Positions 1 through 13,900 of a stretch of DNA of 64,000 nucleotides are shown here, piece after piece. A model generated the notes under the pieces. That model was not told the DNA's origin, did no database searches, and saw only the letters and a list, made by a program, of their open reading frames with translations. The translations under genes and the position numbers were made by a program. Source of the DNA: Eledone cirrhosa (taxonomy: Eukaryota); NCBI GenBank assembly GCA_964016885.1, contig OZ024744.1:46314001-46378000 (forward strand). Direction: 5' to 3'. The first letter of the stretch is position 1, and each line of letters starts with the position of its first letter.

Positions 1-1307
<1,307 letters not shown>

Positions 1308-1655
1308 AATGATTTCTTCTTCAACAGAATATACAAATGTTTTTCTTGTAATATTTTTTATATTATATTCCTAAAAAATATATCTTCTATATTTCCCTCA
1401 ACTGTAATTTGATTTAATATCTGAAGATAATACAAACTTCTTTTTCATCCAAGTTTAGTAAAAATACAAAATCATCTCTTAGTGAAGAAAATAAACTCAG
1501 CTTTGAGGAAATATTTCACAGTAATACGACTACAGATTTATATAAACAGTGTTATATGAGTTCTGTTTGAAAAGTTTTAGTCTTCAAATGATGATAAATA
1601 TAGGTGATGTATCCAAGATTGAAAATAATAATTTATCCCAATGTCATCTGATATT

Positions 1656-1675
1656 CTGAAATAAGAAAGAAAGAG
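1656..1675 (-). promoter_or_regulatory. Probable splice acceptor of the ZNF coding exon
   Basis: Minus strand reads ctctttctttcttatttcAG|aatatc (polypyrimidine tract plus CAG), about 350 nt upstream of the ATG. Confidence 0.5.
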
Positions 1676-2189
1676 TATGATATAATAGAGAATACTTAAG
1701 AAACAGAGATAGATTTAACAGTGGAAATTTTATATCTCTATATTACTAAACTGTAGATATCAACTTTCCTGTCCAGAGTAATTCTCTCCAATGTAAACTG
1801 GTATTCCAGCATGCTCTATAAATGTTATCCTTCTATCTCTAGAGAGGTGTGCTCTATGGCAGTTTAGTGAAAAATTCATTCTGATAGGACTTTCTAACAG
1901 AGCAATCATCTCCTCTCCTGGTGACATGTCAACACCAGTTTAACTTCCATCTTTTTATTAGTAGGAGTCAATTGTTCCTCTATATCTTTTTCTTACTTCT
2001 TTTCTATCTTTCTCTGGGAGAAATTGGCTGTGTTTAGACCAGGGTTTACGAGTCTATATGAATCCATACAATATCTGATTTCACTTGAAGTTTTATTCAG
2101 ATCTCAATTGTGTTCAGATGAGAGAGGTGATGGGCTCCATCAGGTTTTACAATATGCCCGAGAAATACTGTATGTCACTTAGAGTACCC

Positions 2190-2875
2190 CTACGACTCCA
2201 CTAGTGTTTCATTTGTTTAGGAGTAGTATCAGTAGAAGGGAAAACAGGGCCCCGATCCCATCAGAAAAATGGCCTTGCTCATTGTGCTATAAAAGTGTAG
2301 GTAGAAATTCCATTCTCTGTCCAAAATACAAACAATGGATACACAAGAGATGTAGTGGGATCTCATGTAGGTTAGCTAAGAATATAGGTTTTACATGTGG
2401 CCATTGCACAGGAGCAGTAAGCAGCAAACATTCACAGGAAGCAATGATCGACTTTCGTCAAATCAGACGGAGGAAGCAATATTTCCATTGGTCTTTCCAA
2501 TTGCTAATACTATCTATCGGTCACAACTCCAGGTAGAAGAAGCAATGTGAAATAAAATGTCTTGCTCAAGGACATAACGCATCATCCGGTCGGTGAATCA
2601 AACTCACAACCTCACGATTGCGAATCCAATTCTCTAACCACTCAGCCACACGTCTTCACAGGAAACAAGCTCTAACAAACTCTTGGAGGGTCACATAGAA
2701 GAGGTAGCCAGCTACTGTTACCTGGGTGATGATATCATCAGTGGAGGTGGGTGTTCTGAAAGTAGAGCAGCCTGAGTGAACATGGAATGGAAAAGGTTCA
2801 GGATGCTACTGCAACTTACTAAAGGCTTTTTCCTCAAAACAAAGGGCCAGTTGAATAATGGGTGTAAGAACAGTT
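2190..2875 (+). mobile_element. Degenerate RTE LINE fragment with PHD-like Cys motif, interrupted by a SINE
   Basis: KWPCSLCYKSVGRNSILC...WIHKRCSGI...FTCGHC, then YCYLGDDI..GGGCSES and WKRFRMLLQLTKGF after the SINE. Confidence 0.75.
2446..2656 (-). mobile_element. tRNA-derived CORE-type SINE
   Basis: A box tggctgagtggttaga, B box gagtttgattc, CORE-like gtccttgagcaagaca. Flanking TSD-like ttcacaggaa(g/a)caa. Homologous to 17536-17725. Confidence 0.8.
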
Positions 2876-2904
2876 TCACACACACACATATATATATATA
2901 TATA

Positions 2905-3368
2905 TACATTAAGACAATATCACTCGGCCGAGATCTTTGGTGCTACTCAGTAATTCAGAAGACCCGCCTTGCCTATGTACAAAGCGAAACCTAGTCAGTA
3001 GACACCTAATAACCAAATATACACCCCCATCCCACTACCCCTACTCGATCCCAATTCCCACCTACACCACCCTTTCTTTGTAAAGTTATGTTGGTACCAC
3101 AACATCAGGTCCTAAATAAATGAGGTCGTGTAGGTGTCACGACAAAAAAACACACAGTCCACGCTGTAATGTGGCCGTGTAGGTAACACGGTAAAAACCT
3201 CCCAGTCCACACTGTAAACGTGGTGGGTTTTAGGAAGGACATCCAGCCGTAGAAAAACTGCCAGACAGTCCTATACGAGCAAGGCAACCAAACTTGCGTC
3301 AAGTGTGAAAATTCCCATCTAAACCCATGCTAGCGTGGAAGATGGACGTTAAACGATGATGATGATGA
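2905..3368 (+). mobile_element. RTE LINE C-terminus and 3' UTR
   Basis: GRDLWCYSVIQKTRLA, then UTR ending ggacgttaaac(gat)n. Inverted homologue at 8873-9330. Confidence 0.75.
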
Positions 3369-3459
3369 TATATATACATACATATATATATACCAAAGAT
3401 TAATATGGTTCAATTGAACCATCAAGATCATTGAGGTATGTTATACATCAATTCATGTA

Positions 3460-3520
3460 TTTTATCTGACGAAGACGTACTGAAAAAACAGCAAATTACC
3501 TTCGAAATATATATAATAAA
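3460..3520 (+). ncRNA. Minimal hammerhead ribozyme motif in a pLTR-like fragment (family K)
   Basis: tttat-CTGACGA-ag...cttc-GAAA-tatata-ta-ataaa. Confidence 0.55.
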
Positions 3521-3728
3521 ACATATATTTTGATACGTGAATGTCTTCATTTATTAATATTCTGAATAATTTACATATATATATATCTCTATATATATAT
3601 TTACATAAATATCTATACATATGTTATACATACATATAAATATCTATATATAAATATCTATGATGGCTGCCCCTTCGTTATCGAGTATGGCCATTGGACG
3701 AGAAGAAGAGAAAAAAACATAATAATAA

Positions 3729-3770
<42 letters not shown>

Positions 3771-3779
3771 TAATTATAA

Positions 3780-4422
3780 GGCTCAAATATTCAAATATTC
3801 AACTTTGTATTGTACACTGTATATCCAAAAAAAATGGCTATAAATGGAAGAAGAAGAACCCCCCCCCCCTCCTCTCCTCTGGCTACACTATATAGGACAG
3901 CTAAACTCACCAACACCAGAAACTAGATACACCACCCACCCCATCATCTGTGTACACTAAACACAACAGCATTTTCACCTTCACCGCCACCGCTCACTAC
4001 GGCCATCATTACCACCACTATCCCATCACCGCCGCCACCACCCCTTGACTCCTTCACTGCTGCTGCCACCGCTACAGCACCATCACTACAGTAATACGGC
4101 TCAAATATTCAAATATTCAACTTTGTATTGTACACTGTATATCCAAAAAAAAAAAATAAAATGGCTATAAATGGAAGAAGAAGAACCCCCCCCTCCTCTC
4201 CTCTGGCTACACTATATAGGACAGCGAAACTCACCAACACCAGAAACTAGATACACCACCCACCCCATCATCTGTGTACACTAAACACAACAGCATTTTC
4301 ACCTTCACCGCCACCGCTCACTACGGCCATCATTACCACCACTATCCCATCACCGCCGCCACCACCCCCTGACTCCTTCACTGCTGCTGCCACCGCTACA
4401 GCACCATCACTACAGTAATACG
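3780..4422 (+). repeat. ~320-bp tandem duplication (3780-4097 / 4098-4422)
   Basis: Two near-identical units beginning ggctcaaatattcaaatattcaac. Confidence 0.9.
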
Positions 4423-4991
4423 GTCGCATCACCGCCACCACTGCCTCGGTATCGACATCACCACCACCACTGTCTCAGTATCGCCAACGCCGCCAGTCTC
4501 TGCTGGCTACCACTTCCACATTATAGAATTCCTACTACTAACAAAGAGGAAGGCATCAAAATATATAGATAGACTCAAAAGAAAAAAGAAAAAACAAACA
4601 ACAAAAGCAGCACAGCAACAACAGTAAAAAACGAGAAAAACAGAGAAAAACAAAAACAAAAAAAGAAACCCCAAAAACGTAAAGAAAATAAGAATGAAGA
4701 GAGAAGCAGGCGGACGGACAGAGAAGAGGGGGGAAAAAGTAAAACTTAAAAACAAAAACTAAGTCAGACATTCGAATACTACATTACAATGAAACTTATG
4801 CTTATTCATTTTTGGGGCCCTTTTTGCCCGTGTGTTTGTTTGTTTATGTGTGTCCGTATACAGCGTGGTGATAATGCCACACAAGGGCCAAGTGGGATGG
4901 CGGATCCACAGATGGCTATGTAAACATACATTCGCCAATCCTCGATAAGAGTGTTTAAATATCGAACATAAACAGTTCGAATAACGGTGAA

Positions 4992-7900
4992 ATGGAGACT
5001 AGAACGTCATGTGACAGACTCTCACCCAACAGGTGCCCCCTGGCTCAGCAGCAGGAACCTGACTGTCAACCAAATACTGCTGATGTTGGAGGAAGAAGAA
5101 GAAGGAAAGGGGCCAGAACCAACTGGACGAAAGAATTGAATAGAACTGTTATGCAATGCTACCTGAAAAGTAACCCCAAGGAGAGGGGCTACAGGAGACG
5201 GATGCATAACATCTGGAACGAGATTGGTTTATTTAAATTAGATGAACAAAAATTGGCCGGGCAGGCTCGGGTAATAAGAACTAATGGGTGGATAAGCGAG
5301 CTGGAACTGGAGGAACTGAGCAGAGAGAATGGCTTGGAGATGGCGGGTGTAGTATGCCAGACAAGCGAGCCGGCGGGAAATGAAGGTGAGGAGGTCCTGA
5401 GAACGGAGGAACCACCCGAAGCAGACAATGATCTGAATACTGAGATAAATAATACCTGGAACAGAGATACGGCCACTGAGGAGATGAATGCTGACGGGCT
5501 AGGACAAGATTCGGTTGACATCCTAAATTTAGTGGTAGATGAGTTGAACAATGATAGTGGGAGACCTATGAACCTAAGATTTGTAGACAGGAAAAAGTTA
5601 AAAGAAACAACAGCTAAGGTAAACAAAGTCATCCCATACCTTGAGGCGAGGAGTCTTCACCAGTGCAACAATATCCTCAAAGCAACAGCAAATACGGTGA
5701 GGAAACTACTTGGTATAAAAGCGAGAGGAAACAACAGACAAGAAAGAGCAGAGCCGTGGTGGAAGAAGCGACTGAGTGGGCAAATCGGGGAAATGAGAAA
5801 TGACATAGGAAAGCTTGAGTCACTACTGAATGGGACACTAAAAAACATAGGCACTAAAAATAGACTGGAAATAAAATACAAAACTAGGAGTAAAAAGCTA
5901 AATATTATCATAGAGGAATTGAAGCAACGCATTGTAGCAAAGAGTGCCAAAATCAGGCGATACGAGAACAGAGTCAGTCAGTATAAACAGAACCGCATGT
6001 TCGACAACAACCAGAAGATGCTGTTTGGACAGCTTGAGGGGAAAGAAAGAGGCAACGACTTGATCCCTGGGGCGGAACAAGCTAAAACATTCTGGAGAGG
6101 AATATGGGAGCAGGATGTTAGACACAATGCCCAGGCAGGGTGGATTGAGACAGTACAGAGGGAGATCGGTGAGCAGGCACAGCAACAGACTGATTTGAGT
6201 ATCACAGTTGAAACTCTTAAGGGGCAAGCCAAAAAACTAACCAACTGGAAATCACCAGGCCCAGATGGTGTGCAGGGGTATTGGATTAAACATTTAACAT
6301 CCCTCCACCCGAAGCTGACGGCCATATTCAATGACTGCTTGGTGTCGGGTGAGGTGCCAGAGTGGTTGACAAAAGGTACTACAGTTCTGATAATGAAAGA
6401 CCGAATCAAGGGTAATGATGTTACCAACTATAGACCTATCACATGTCTGCCCGTAATGTGGAAACTGTTGACGAGCATTGTGTCTGAGGAAATCTACCAT
6501 CACCTCCACACAAACAACTTGTTGTCGGACGAACAGAAAGGATGCCGAAAGAAGTCACGTGGTACAAAGGACCAGTTGTTTATTGATAAGATGGTAATGG
6601 GGAATTGCAGGAGGAGACACACTGATCTTGCCATGGGATAGATAGACTACAGAAAGGCATTTGACATGGTGCCTCATTCCTGGATCACCAAAAGCCTGGA
6701 GATCTTCAGGGTGGCAGATAACATCAGACAGTTGCTGGGCAGGAGTATGGGGTCCTGGGAGACAGAGTTGACATCAACTGGAGTATCCTTGGGAAGCGTG
6801 AAGATCAAGAGAGGTATCTTCCAGGGAGATAGCCTGTCCCCTCTGTTGTTTGTCCTTGCCCTGATGCCCTTGACCATTATGCTGCGAAAAGTGAGAGCAG
6901 GATACAAGTTGGGAAGGGGAGAGCTTACCATCAATCACCTCCTCTTCATGGACGATCTTAAGCTCTTCGGGAAAAGTGAGAAGGAGTTGGATGTGCTTGT
7001 TGACACTGTCCGTATTTTCAGCAGTGATATATGTATGCAGTTTGGTATTGGTAAATGTGGAGTCATTGTGATGAGGAGGGGTAAGTTGAGCAGAAGTAAC
7101 GGGATCCAGATACCAACAGGTGAGATGATAAAGGAAATTGACTCTGAGGAAGGATACAAGTATTTGGGCGTTCTGGAGGCTGATGGCATAAAGAACAAAA
7201 AAATGAAGGAATTGTTAAGAACTGAATACATTCGGAGAGTAAGGAGCGTATTGAAGTCACATCTGAACAGCAGAAATGCCATAAGCGCAGTAAATTCCCG
7301 AGCTGTGTCTATTATTAGGTACAGTGCGGGAATTCTGAGATGGAATGTTGCTGAACAAAAAGAAATGGATAGGAAGACTAGGAAGCTATTGACTATCTAC
7401 AACATGTTCCACAAGAGGAGTGATGTCGATAGACTCTACCTAAGGAGATCTGAGGGTGGAAGAGGTCTTATCAGCATAGAGGACTGTGTTCGGATGGAGA
7501 AAAACAACCTATACAAATACGTGACCTATAGTAAGGAGCCAATGCTCAGAGCTGTACTGAAGGAGGGGACAGTAGGCCAGGGGATACCCAAGGAGGAAAT
7601 AACATCAAGGAGGAAGAGCAGCCTTAAGGGAAAATCCCTTCATAGTACCTTCTTTGAGAAAACTGAATTTAGAGATCCACAGACATGGAACTGGTTGAGA
7701 AGAGGAGACCTCAAAAAGGCTACAGAAGGAATGCTAATGGCTGCGCAGGAGCAGGCCCTCAAAACGAAGTGGTTGAAGCACCATATCTACAAGGAGGAGG
7801 CTAGCCCACTGTGCAGGATCTGTGGAGAGAAAGAGGAGACTGTGGCTCACATTGTGTCCGAGTGTAAACACCTAGCCCAGACCCACTATAAGGGCTGGAG

Positions 7901-8384
7901 ACACGATGTGATGGGCAGGGTGATCCACTGGCACCTGTGCAAAGTAAACAATCTACCACATTCTGAGAAATGGTATGAGCATAGGCCAGAGGCGGTGATG
8001 GAGAACAGTCAGGTGAAGGTGCTGTGGGATTTTAGGATACAGACGGACAAAAAACTGGAACACAATAGACCTGACCTGGTGGTTGTGGACAAAGAAAAAA
8101 GATCGTGCCTGATTGTGGATGTGGCCTGCCCGTTCGACACGAGAGTGCAAGAGAAGGAGAGGGAGAAAATTAACCGATACCAGGACCTAAAGTGGGAGGT
8201 GAAAAGGATTTGGAACTGCCATGAAGTCAAAGTGATCCCGATTGTCATAGGCGCACTGGGGACTATCTCCAAAGGTTTCCAGGGATGGTTAAAGAAAATC
8301 GGCCCCTTCACGCTTTTTGGAACGCTTCAAAAGGCATGCTTGCTTGGAACGGCAAGAACCCTCCGATACGTCCTGAATATCTGA
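4992..8384 (+). pseudogene. RT-RLE polyprotein with a single in-frame TAG at 6639-6641
   Basis: NYRPITCL, QKGCR, *IDYRKAFD, QGDSLSPL, FMDDLK, CCHC knuckle CRICGEKEETVAHIVSEC, RPDLVVVD...DVACP. The two track ORFs share one frame. Confidence 0.92.
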
Positions 8385-8520
8385 GGCTGCAGGTAGTGGC
8401 TTGATATTCAATCCAACGGACTTTCCAGTTAACCAACATCAATGACTGAGATTCAAGGAATAACAATAACAATAATAATAATAATAATGACAACAACAAC
8501 AATAATAATAATATACACAT

Positions 8521-8872
8521 ATCATCATCATGCAGTGGGAGGGTGTGGGGGCATATTGTCTATATGCTTCAGCTTCGGCTTGTACCCGTGGCGGGTCGAG
8601 TCCTCTGTATTATTGCGTGACGCCAGAGGTCACGGTCGTGTGTCATCGCCCTTGAGAGGTGTAATTGGGTAAGGTCGGCTTTTCTCACCTCATCCCAGGT
8701 CTTCTAGGGTCTCCCCACTCCGCGGTTTCCATTGACTTCTAGTGCTCTGCACCTTTTTATGCAGCTGTCATCCTTCATACGCATCACATGTCCATACCAA
8801 CGCAACCACCTATCCTGCACACAGCATTTGATTCCTCTTATGCTCAGTCTCTCTCTCAATTGATTTATGCTT
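8521..8872 (-). mobile_element. RTE LINE 3' fragment
   Basis: LRWYGHVMRMKDDSCIKRC...GRP*KTWDE with a (GAT)n tail. Confidence 0.75.
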
Positions 8873-9474
8873 TCATCATCATCATCATCATCGTTTAACG
8901 TTCATCTTCCACGTTAGCATGGGTTTGGACGGGAATTTTCCCACATGAGGCAAGATTGGTTGTCTTGCTCGTATAGGACGGTCTGGTGGGTTTTCTACGG
9001 CTGGATACCCTTCCTAACACCAACCGCGTTTACAGTGCGGACTGGGAGGTTTTCACCGTGTTACCTACACGGCCACATAACAGCGTGGACTGTGTGTGTT
9101 TTATCGTGATACCTACACGCCCTCATTTGTTTCGGACTGGATGCTGCTGTGGTACCAACATAATTTTACATTGGAAGGGGTGGTGTGGACGGGGTGGGGG
9201 TAGTGGGGCCGGGGTGTATTTTTGTTAGAGGTGGCTACTGACTGTAGTAGGTTTCGCTTTGTAATTAGGCAAGGTGGGTCTTCTGTATTACTGTGTAGCG
9301 CCAAAGATCTCGGTCCAGTGACATTGTCTTGGAGAGGTGTAAGTGTGTGAGGTCGGAATTTAGCAAGTCGTCCCAGATCTTTCTGGGTCTGCCTATCTCC
9401 GTGGCTACTGTCTATTTTTATTGCCCTGCACTTTTTTATACAGTTGTCGGCTTTCATGCGCATCACGTGACCGT
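8873..9474 (-). mobile_element. RTE LINE 3' fragment with 3' UTR
   Basis: GHVMRMKADNCIKKCRAI, UTR homologous to 2905-3368, (GAT)n tail. Confidence 0.75.
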
Positions 9475-9492
9475 TATATATATATATATATA

Positions 9493-9664
9493 TATAAACG
9501 TTTGAATATGTGTAATAAGGCCAAAACAATGCAGGTATGGACATAGAAAAAAGAATGCAATAGTAAAAGATATTGTTGAGTCCATACCTGCATTGTTTTG
9601 GCCTTATTACACATATTCAAACGTTTATACCTCATTACACAATGCTTCAAGTGAACTATAACCT

Positions 9665-9667
<3 letters not shown>
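9493..9667. mobile_element. PLE family A pLTR-end fold-back
   Basis: Inverted arms matching 19495-19613, flanked by (TA)n. Only the right arm carries the 36-nt tail. Confidence 0.8.
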
Positions 9668-9754
<87 letters not shown>

Positions 9755-9757
<3 letters not shown>

Positions 9758-9985
9758 GGTGCGGACGATATCTGTTCGCAAGATTACTGTCTATGAAAAA
9801 AATAACACAGTAGTTTTATTTTTTAAGTTTTATTTATCAAACTTGGGTCAGTTTGTCTTCATGACTTGTTCTTTCGATCTCACTCGATAAACCCGCCATT
9901 GGCTTTGATGATGACCTCAAGGCGGCCTCGGAACCGGCTACAGGCCTTCGTCACTGTCCCCCGACTTAGGCCCCTAAAAGCACTG
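9755..9985 (-). mobile_element. Tc1/mariner transposon terminus with transposase C-terminus
   Basis: TA-CAGGGTG terminus; minus strand reads KACSRFRGRLEVIIKANGGFIE*. Confidence 0.75.
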
Positions 9986-10418
9986 CTCCTATATTGTTGA
10001 GCGCTTTACATTATAACTGAAAAAATGGAATTCTTTAAGATCTCTTCTTCTGTATAAAACCTGGAGAAAACAGAAAAGTTTAGTGAATATAGTTTCTATT
10101 TATTAATATCGTATATCTACTCCGAAAATTTGTCGAGTGCTTTATATCAGTTATAAAAATATTTACTTGTTGTATCTCAACAACTTTAAATAGAACTTTT
10201 GCATATATTCTGCTTCTATATTGTTGAGCGCTTTACATTATAACTGAAAAAATGGAATTCTTTAAGATCTCTTCTCGAAAAAACCTGGAGAAAACAGAGA
10301 AATTTCAGTGAATATAGTTTCCATTTATTAATATCGTATATCTACTCCAAAAATTTGTCCAGTGCTTTATATCAGTTATAAAAATATTTACTTGTTGTAT
10401 CCCAACAACTATAAATAT
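9984..10418 (+). repeat. ~227-bp tandem repeat, distal half shared with family E pLTR-like end
   Basis: Units start at 9984 and 10211. The segment atatagtttcc...caacaa matches about 47547-47645. Confidence 0.75.
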
Positions 10419-10419
10419 A

Positions 10420-10485
<66 letters not shown>

Positions 10486-10727
10486 TATATATAAATATAT
10501 ATATATATAAATATTTCGTTTCTGGATTTGTTTAGCAAGATTCTTTCTCTGAAAACGTGCCTTGAAACCGATATTGTTATACTTTGGGAGGGTCATGTTG
10601 CCAATAAGAAACACACGCACCTATAGTTTCACTTCAATTTATTATAATAAATTTATAAATTTAGGAATTTATTAATTTCTGGTTGGTTGGTTGGTTGGTT
10701 CCACAACCAGATAGTTGTTTATATATT

Positions 10728-10770
10728 GTCAAAGTTCTTTCGTCACACATTCTGTGACCTCTTCAGTGAC
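10728..10770 (-). ncRNA. Hammerhead ribozyme, family B pLTR
   Basis: gtca-CTGAAGA-g-gtcaca/tgtgac-GAAA-gaact-t-tgac. Further copies near 14770, 34500, 34908, 36285, 42120 and 45545. Confidence 0.8.
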
Positions 10771-10971
10771 TGGGGATTCTTTTCTTTGTTTTTGTGCCTC
10801 TCCTTTGTTCTGTCCTACGCCATTTTGTTTCTGTGTGTGTGTTGTGTGCTCAGTCTGCGCATGCGCCACATCCGGGTGTCTGTGTGTGTTTATATTCGTT
10901 TATTTATTTGTTTATTTACATGTTACCGGTTGGTTGTTTGTTCTATGTGCGTGTGTGTTTTCATTTTGTCA

Positions 10972-13900
10972 TTAATTGTAAGGTGTGATGTTGCTGTTCC
11001 ACTCATATTTTCTATTTAATTTTGGTTGTAATTCTTTTATGTTTATTGCCTCTGTGATTTGTCTAAACATTGCGTCTTTTCTGTGTGTAGATTCTATTTT
11101 TATTTCTATGTTCTCTAATTTACCCCTATGTTCTATTTTAGCATGTTGGTAGAGTACAGATGATTCTTTACTATCTTGAAGGTCTCGCCAGTGTTCATTT
11201 ATCCGTTCCCCTTCACCCACGAGCTGTCTCACCTATGTACACTATATTTTTGTCTCTACATTGTCCTTCAGTACATCTTATGCTATACACTACATTTCTA
11301 GTTTTACAGTTAATATGGGGGCTTATTTTACAGGTTATACATTTCTTATCTATACAGGCGGGTCTTTGAAAAGGGTATGTCTTGCTAATAAGTGTTTTAT
11401 GGAGGTACCTGGTCTTTCTACTATCTTAATATTGAGTTTATGTTTATCTAGGCCCTTCTAAATTTGTAAGCTAATTCACCTCTAGGGGTTGTATCGATGA
11501 ACATTACACTTTGGTATTTATTGCTATCATACCATGAGTTTATTCTATTAGCCTTATTCCTAGTTCTTTCTATTCTATTCCAAAATGTGTTACTATACAA
11601 GGGGCAGGTCACATTTGTGTCATTATTTACCATTTTTTCCTATTTGGTTCTGGCTCCTCTATATACTCTGATTTTATCTCTCTGATTGTAACCAGAGAAC
11701 TGCATACGGTGGATGAAGTGTTGTATGTGACTCTCTAGTTCTTTGGGGTTGAACATGCGGGACACGTTTCTCATCACCCGTACCAAATCCGCAATCAGTA
11801 TATTAATTTTGGTATGGTCCGAAACAGCTGAGTTTCGGTGGATCAGATGTTTGGAAGTCATGGGTTTGGCATAATGGGAATGGAGGATTTGTTTTTTGTT
11901 ATTAATGGTATCTAAGCAGAGCTCTGTGTCTAGTACAGGTAATCGATGGTTGGGGTGTTTACTTGGGTAGTCTATAGTAACTCTAATACTCTGGAGGATG
12001 GAGTTAGCTATTTGCTGGATGCTTTCCATTGTGTTTTTCTCTAGTTCCTGACTGTTCTCTAGTGGGGGTGTCTTAACTACGATGTTTATATCATCAACGT
12101 AGCGGGAGTACATTATCAGAGTTAAGGGGTCTTCTAATTGTTCTTTAAGTTTAAGCTTAAGTCTACTGTCCCACCATACCATGAATAAGTTAGCTATTTC
12201 GCCTGCAATGCTAACACCAATGGCTGCTCCTTCCTCTTGGGCATATGTTTTTCCATTAAATTTGAACATATGTTCCTTAAGGGTTAGTTTTATGCTGGCC
12301 CCTACCGCATGTGCAATCATTTTCTTCAGTTCATCGTGGTTTTCGGGTGTCCGTATGGCTCTGGTCCACCCGTTCCATCTATCTTTGTGGGTTTTCTTGG
12401 CCATTGAGGTAATGGTAGGTGGTCTGCCTCTTGCTGGTCTTGTAGAGCCCAGGTTGCTAAGGTCATATGTGTCTAGGTAATTATTACTATAGGTAAGTTT
12501 AAGTAGGAGTCCCAGCTCACTGGTATCAATCCAACGGAACTCAACATTGCTCTCCCTGATCATTTCTACGCATTTCTCCACAGCAAAATCCACGTCAATA
12601 GATGGATACAGGGACACAACATCCATACTACCTATTATGCAGTTTGTTAGGTCCCTAGATCGATTACTATCGCCGATTCTGCTGAGGAGGTTCTCCGTGC
12701 TGTCACATACATCTGTGGACATTTCAATGATGGGGCGTATGATCAGGGAGAGGAAGTAGGACAGTCTGTAGTTACTAGCAATGTTAGCTCCACAGACTGG
12801 CCGTATTGGTGGTCCCGTGATAGGGTTAATGCCCGTTTTATGGTCTTTTCGAAGCCCATACAACGCCGGCACGTAATTGTTCCAGGCCTGGAAGTTGTTG
12901 GCAGTCCTTTTGTTGGGCTGCATTATATTCGTCCACATCACCATATGGGCATTGAGGGCTTTTTCTCTATCCTCATGCTCCTGTGGTGTTACCTCTCTTG
13001 TGTTAGTGATGTGGGGTTGCATTGCCTGGATGTAGTTTGGCAGGTTGTCAACCGACATTCTGCCAGACTTGTCTGTTGGAAAGCATGCTAGCTCTCCATT
13101 ACGCGAGCGCTGCATGAGCTTACGCAAGCCATTTGCAGATTTTTCTCCCAGTTGCTGGGCCTCCATTCTATTATGCTTCTTGCTATACTGTTCTATAATA
13201 TTTCTAAGTTCGGATCTAGCTATACTAAATTGTGCTTCTGTTTGTTCATCGACCTGCGACGGCAATTGCGTGCGTTTGTTAAATGGTAAAGTCGTGGCGT
13301 GGACTCGTCGCAGGTCAAACGACTTATCGGAGGGATTATAAAAAGTAGATTTTCAGGCTGCTGCTTTATGTGTACTAGTGCTATTGTTATTGTTAGTTGT
13401 TTTGTTTCTATTTCTATTTCCACTAACAGCCTCATGGTTGTTTCTATGTCTCTCATTATTACTCCTGTCTCTTTCCACTGGCTCATTGTTATTATCTACT
13501 CTATTTTGTGTGTCTGTGTGTTCGTCTTTGTTATTTTATTTGTGCCTAGTCTCCCTTCTCCTTTTAATCCTATTACTTTCCCTTATTTCTGTGATTTCTG
13601 TGCTACTGTTATTACTTGTTTTCTGTGTATGTGTGTTTGTTAAGATTGTGGTGGTGGTGAGAGGCATTGAATGTGTGTGTGTTGTTGTTGTTGATGTGTG
13701 TTGTTGTTGTCTCCGTGTGTGTTATTATTGTTGTGTGTGTTGTTATTGTTGTTTGTGTCTGCGTGTCTGTTGTTGTTGTTGTTTCTGAGTATGTTATTAT
13801 TGTTGGTGTGTGTGTTGTTGTTATTGTTGTTTGTGTCTGTGTGTCTGTTGTTGTTGGGATGTGTGTTGTATATGTGTGTGCGTATGTTGTTACTTTTGTT

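Larger units (their letters stand above)
3776..8460 (+). mobile_element. R4/Dong-type non-LTR retrotransposon in a (TAA)n microsatellite
   Basis: RT plus restriction-like endonuclease ORF, with (TAA)n runs at 3719-3775 and 8460-8512. The 5' boundary is inferred from the upstream run. Confidence 0.75.

Noticed and set aside
2950-2995. cagaaga...gcgaaac as a hammerhead
   Set aside because: No stems; it is the RTE C-terminal coding sequence.
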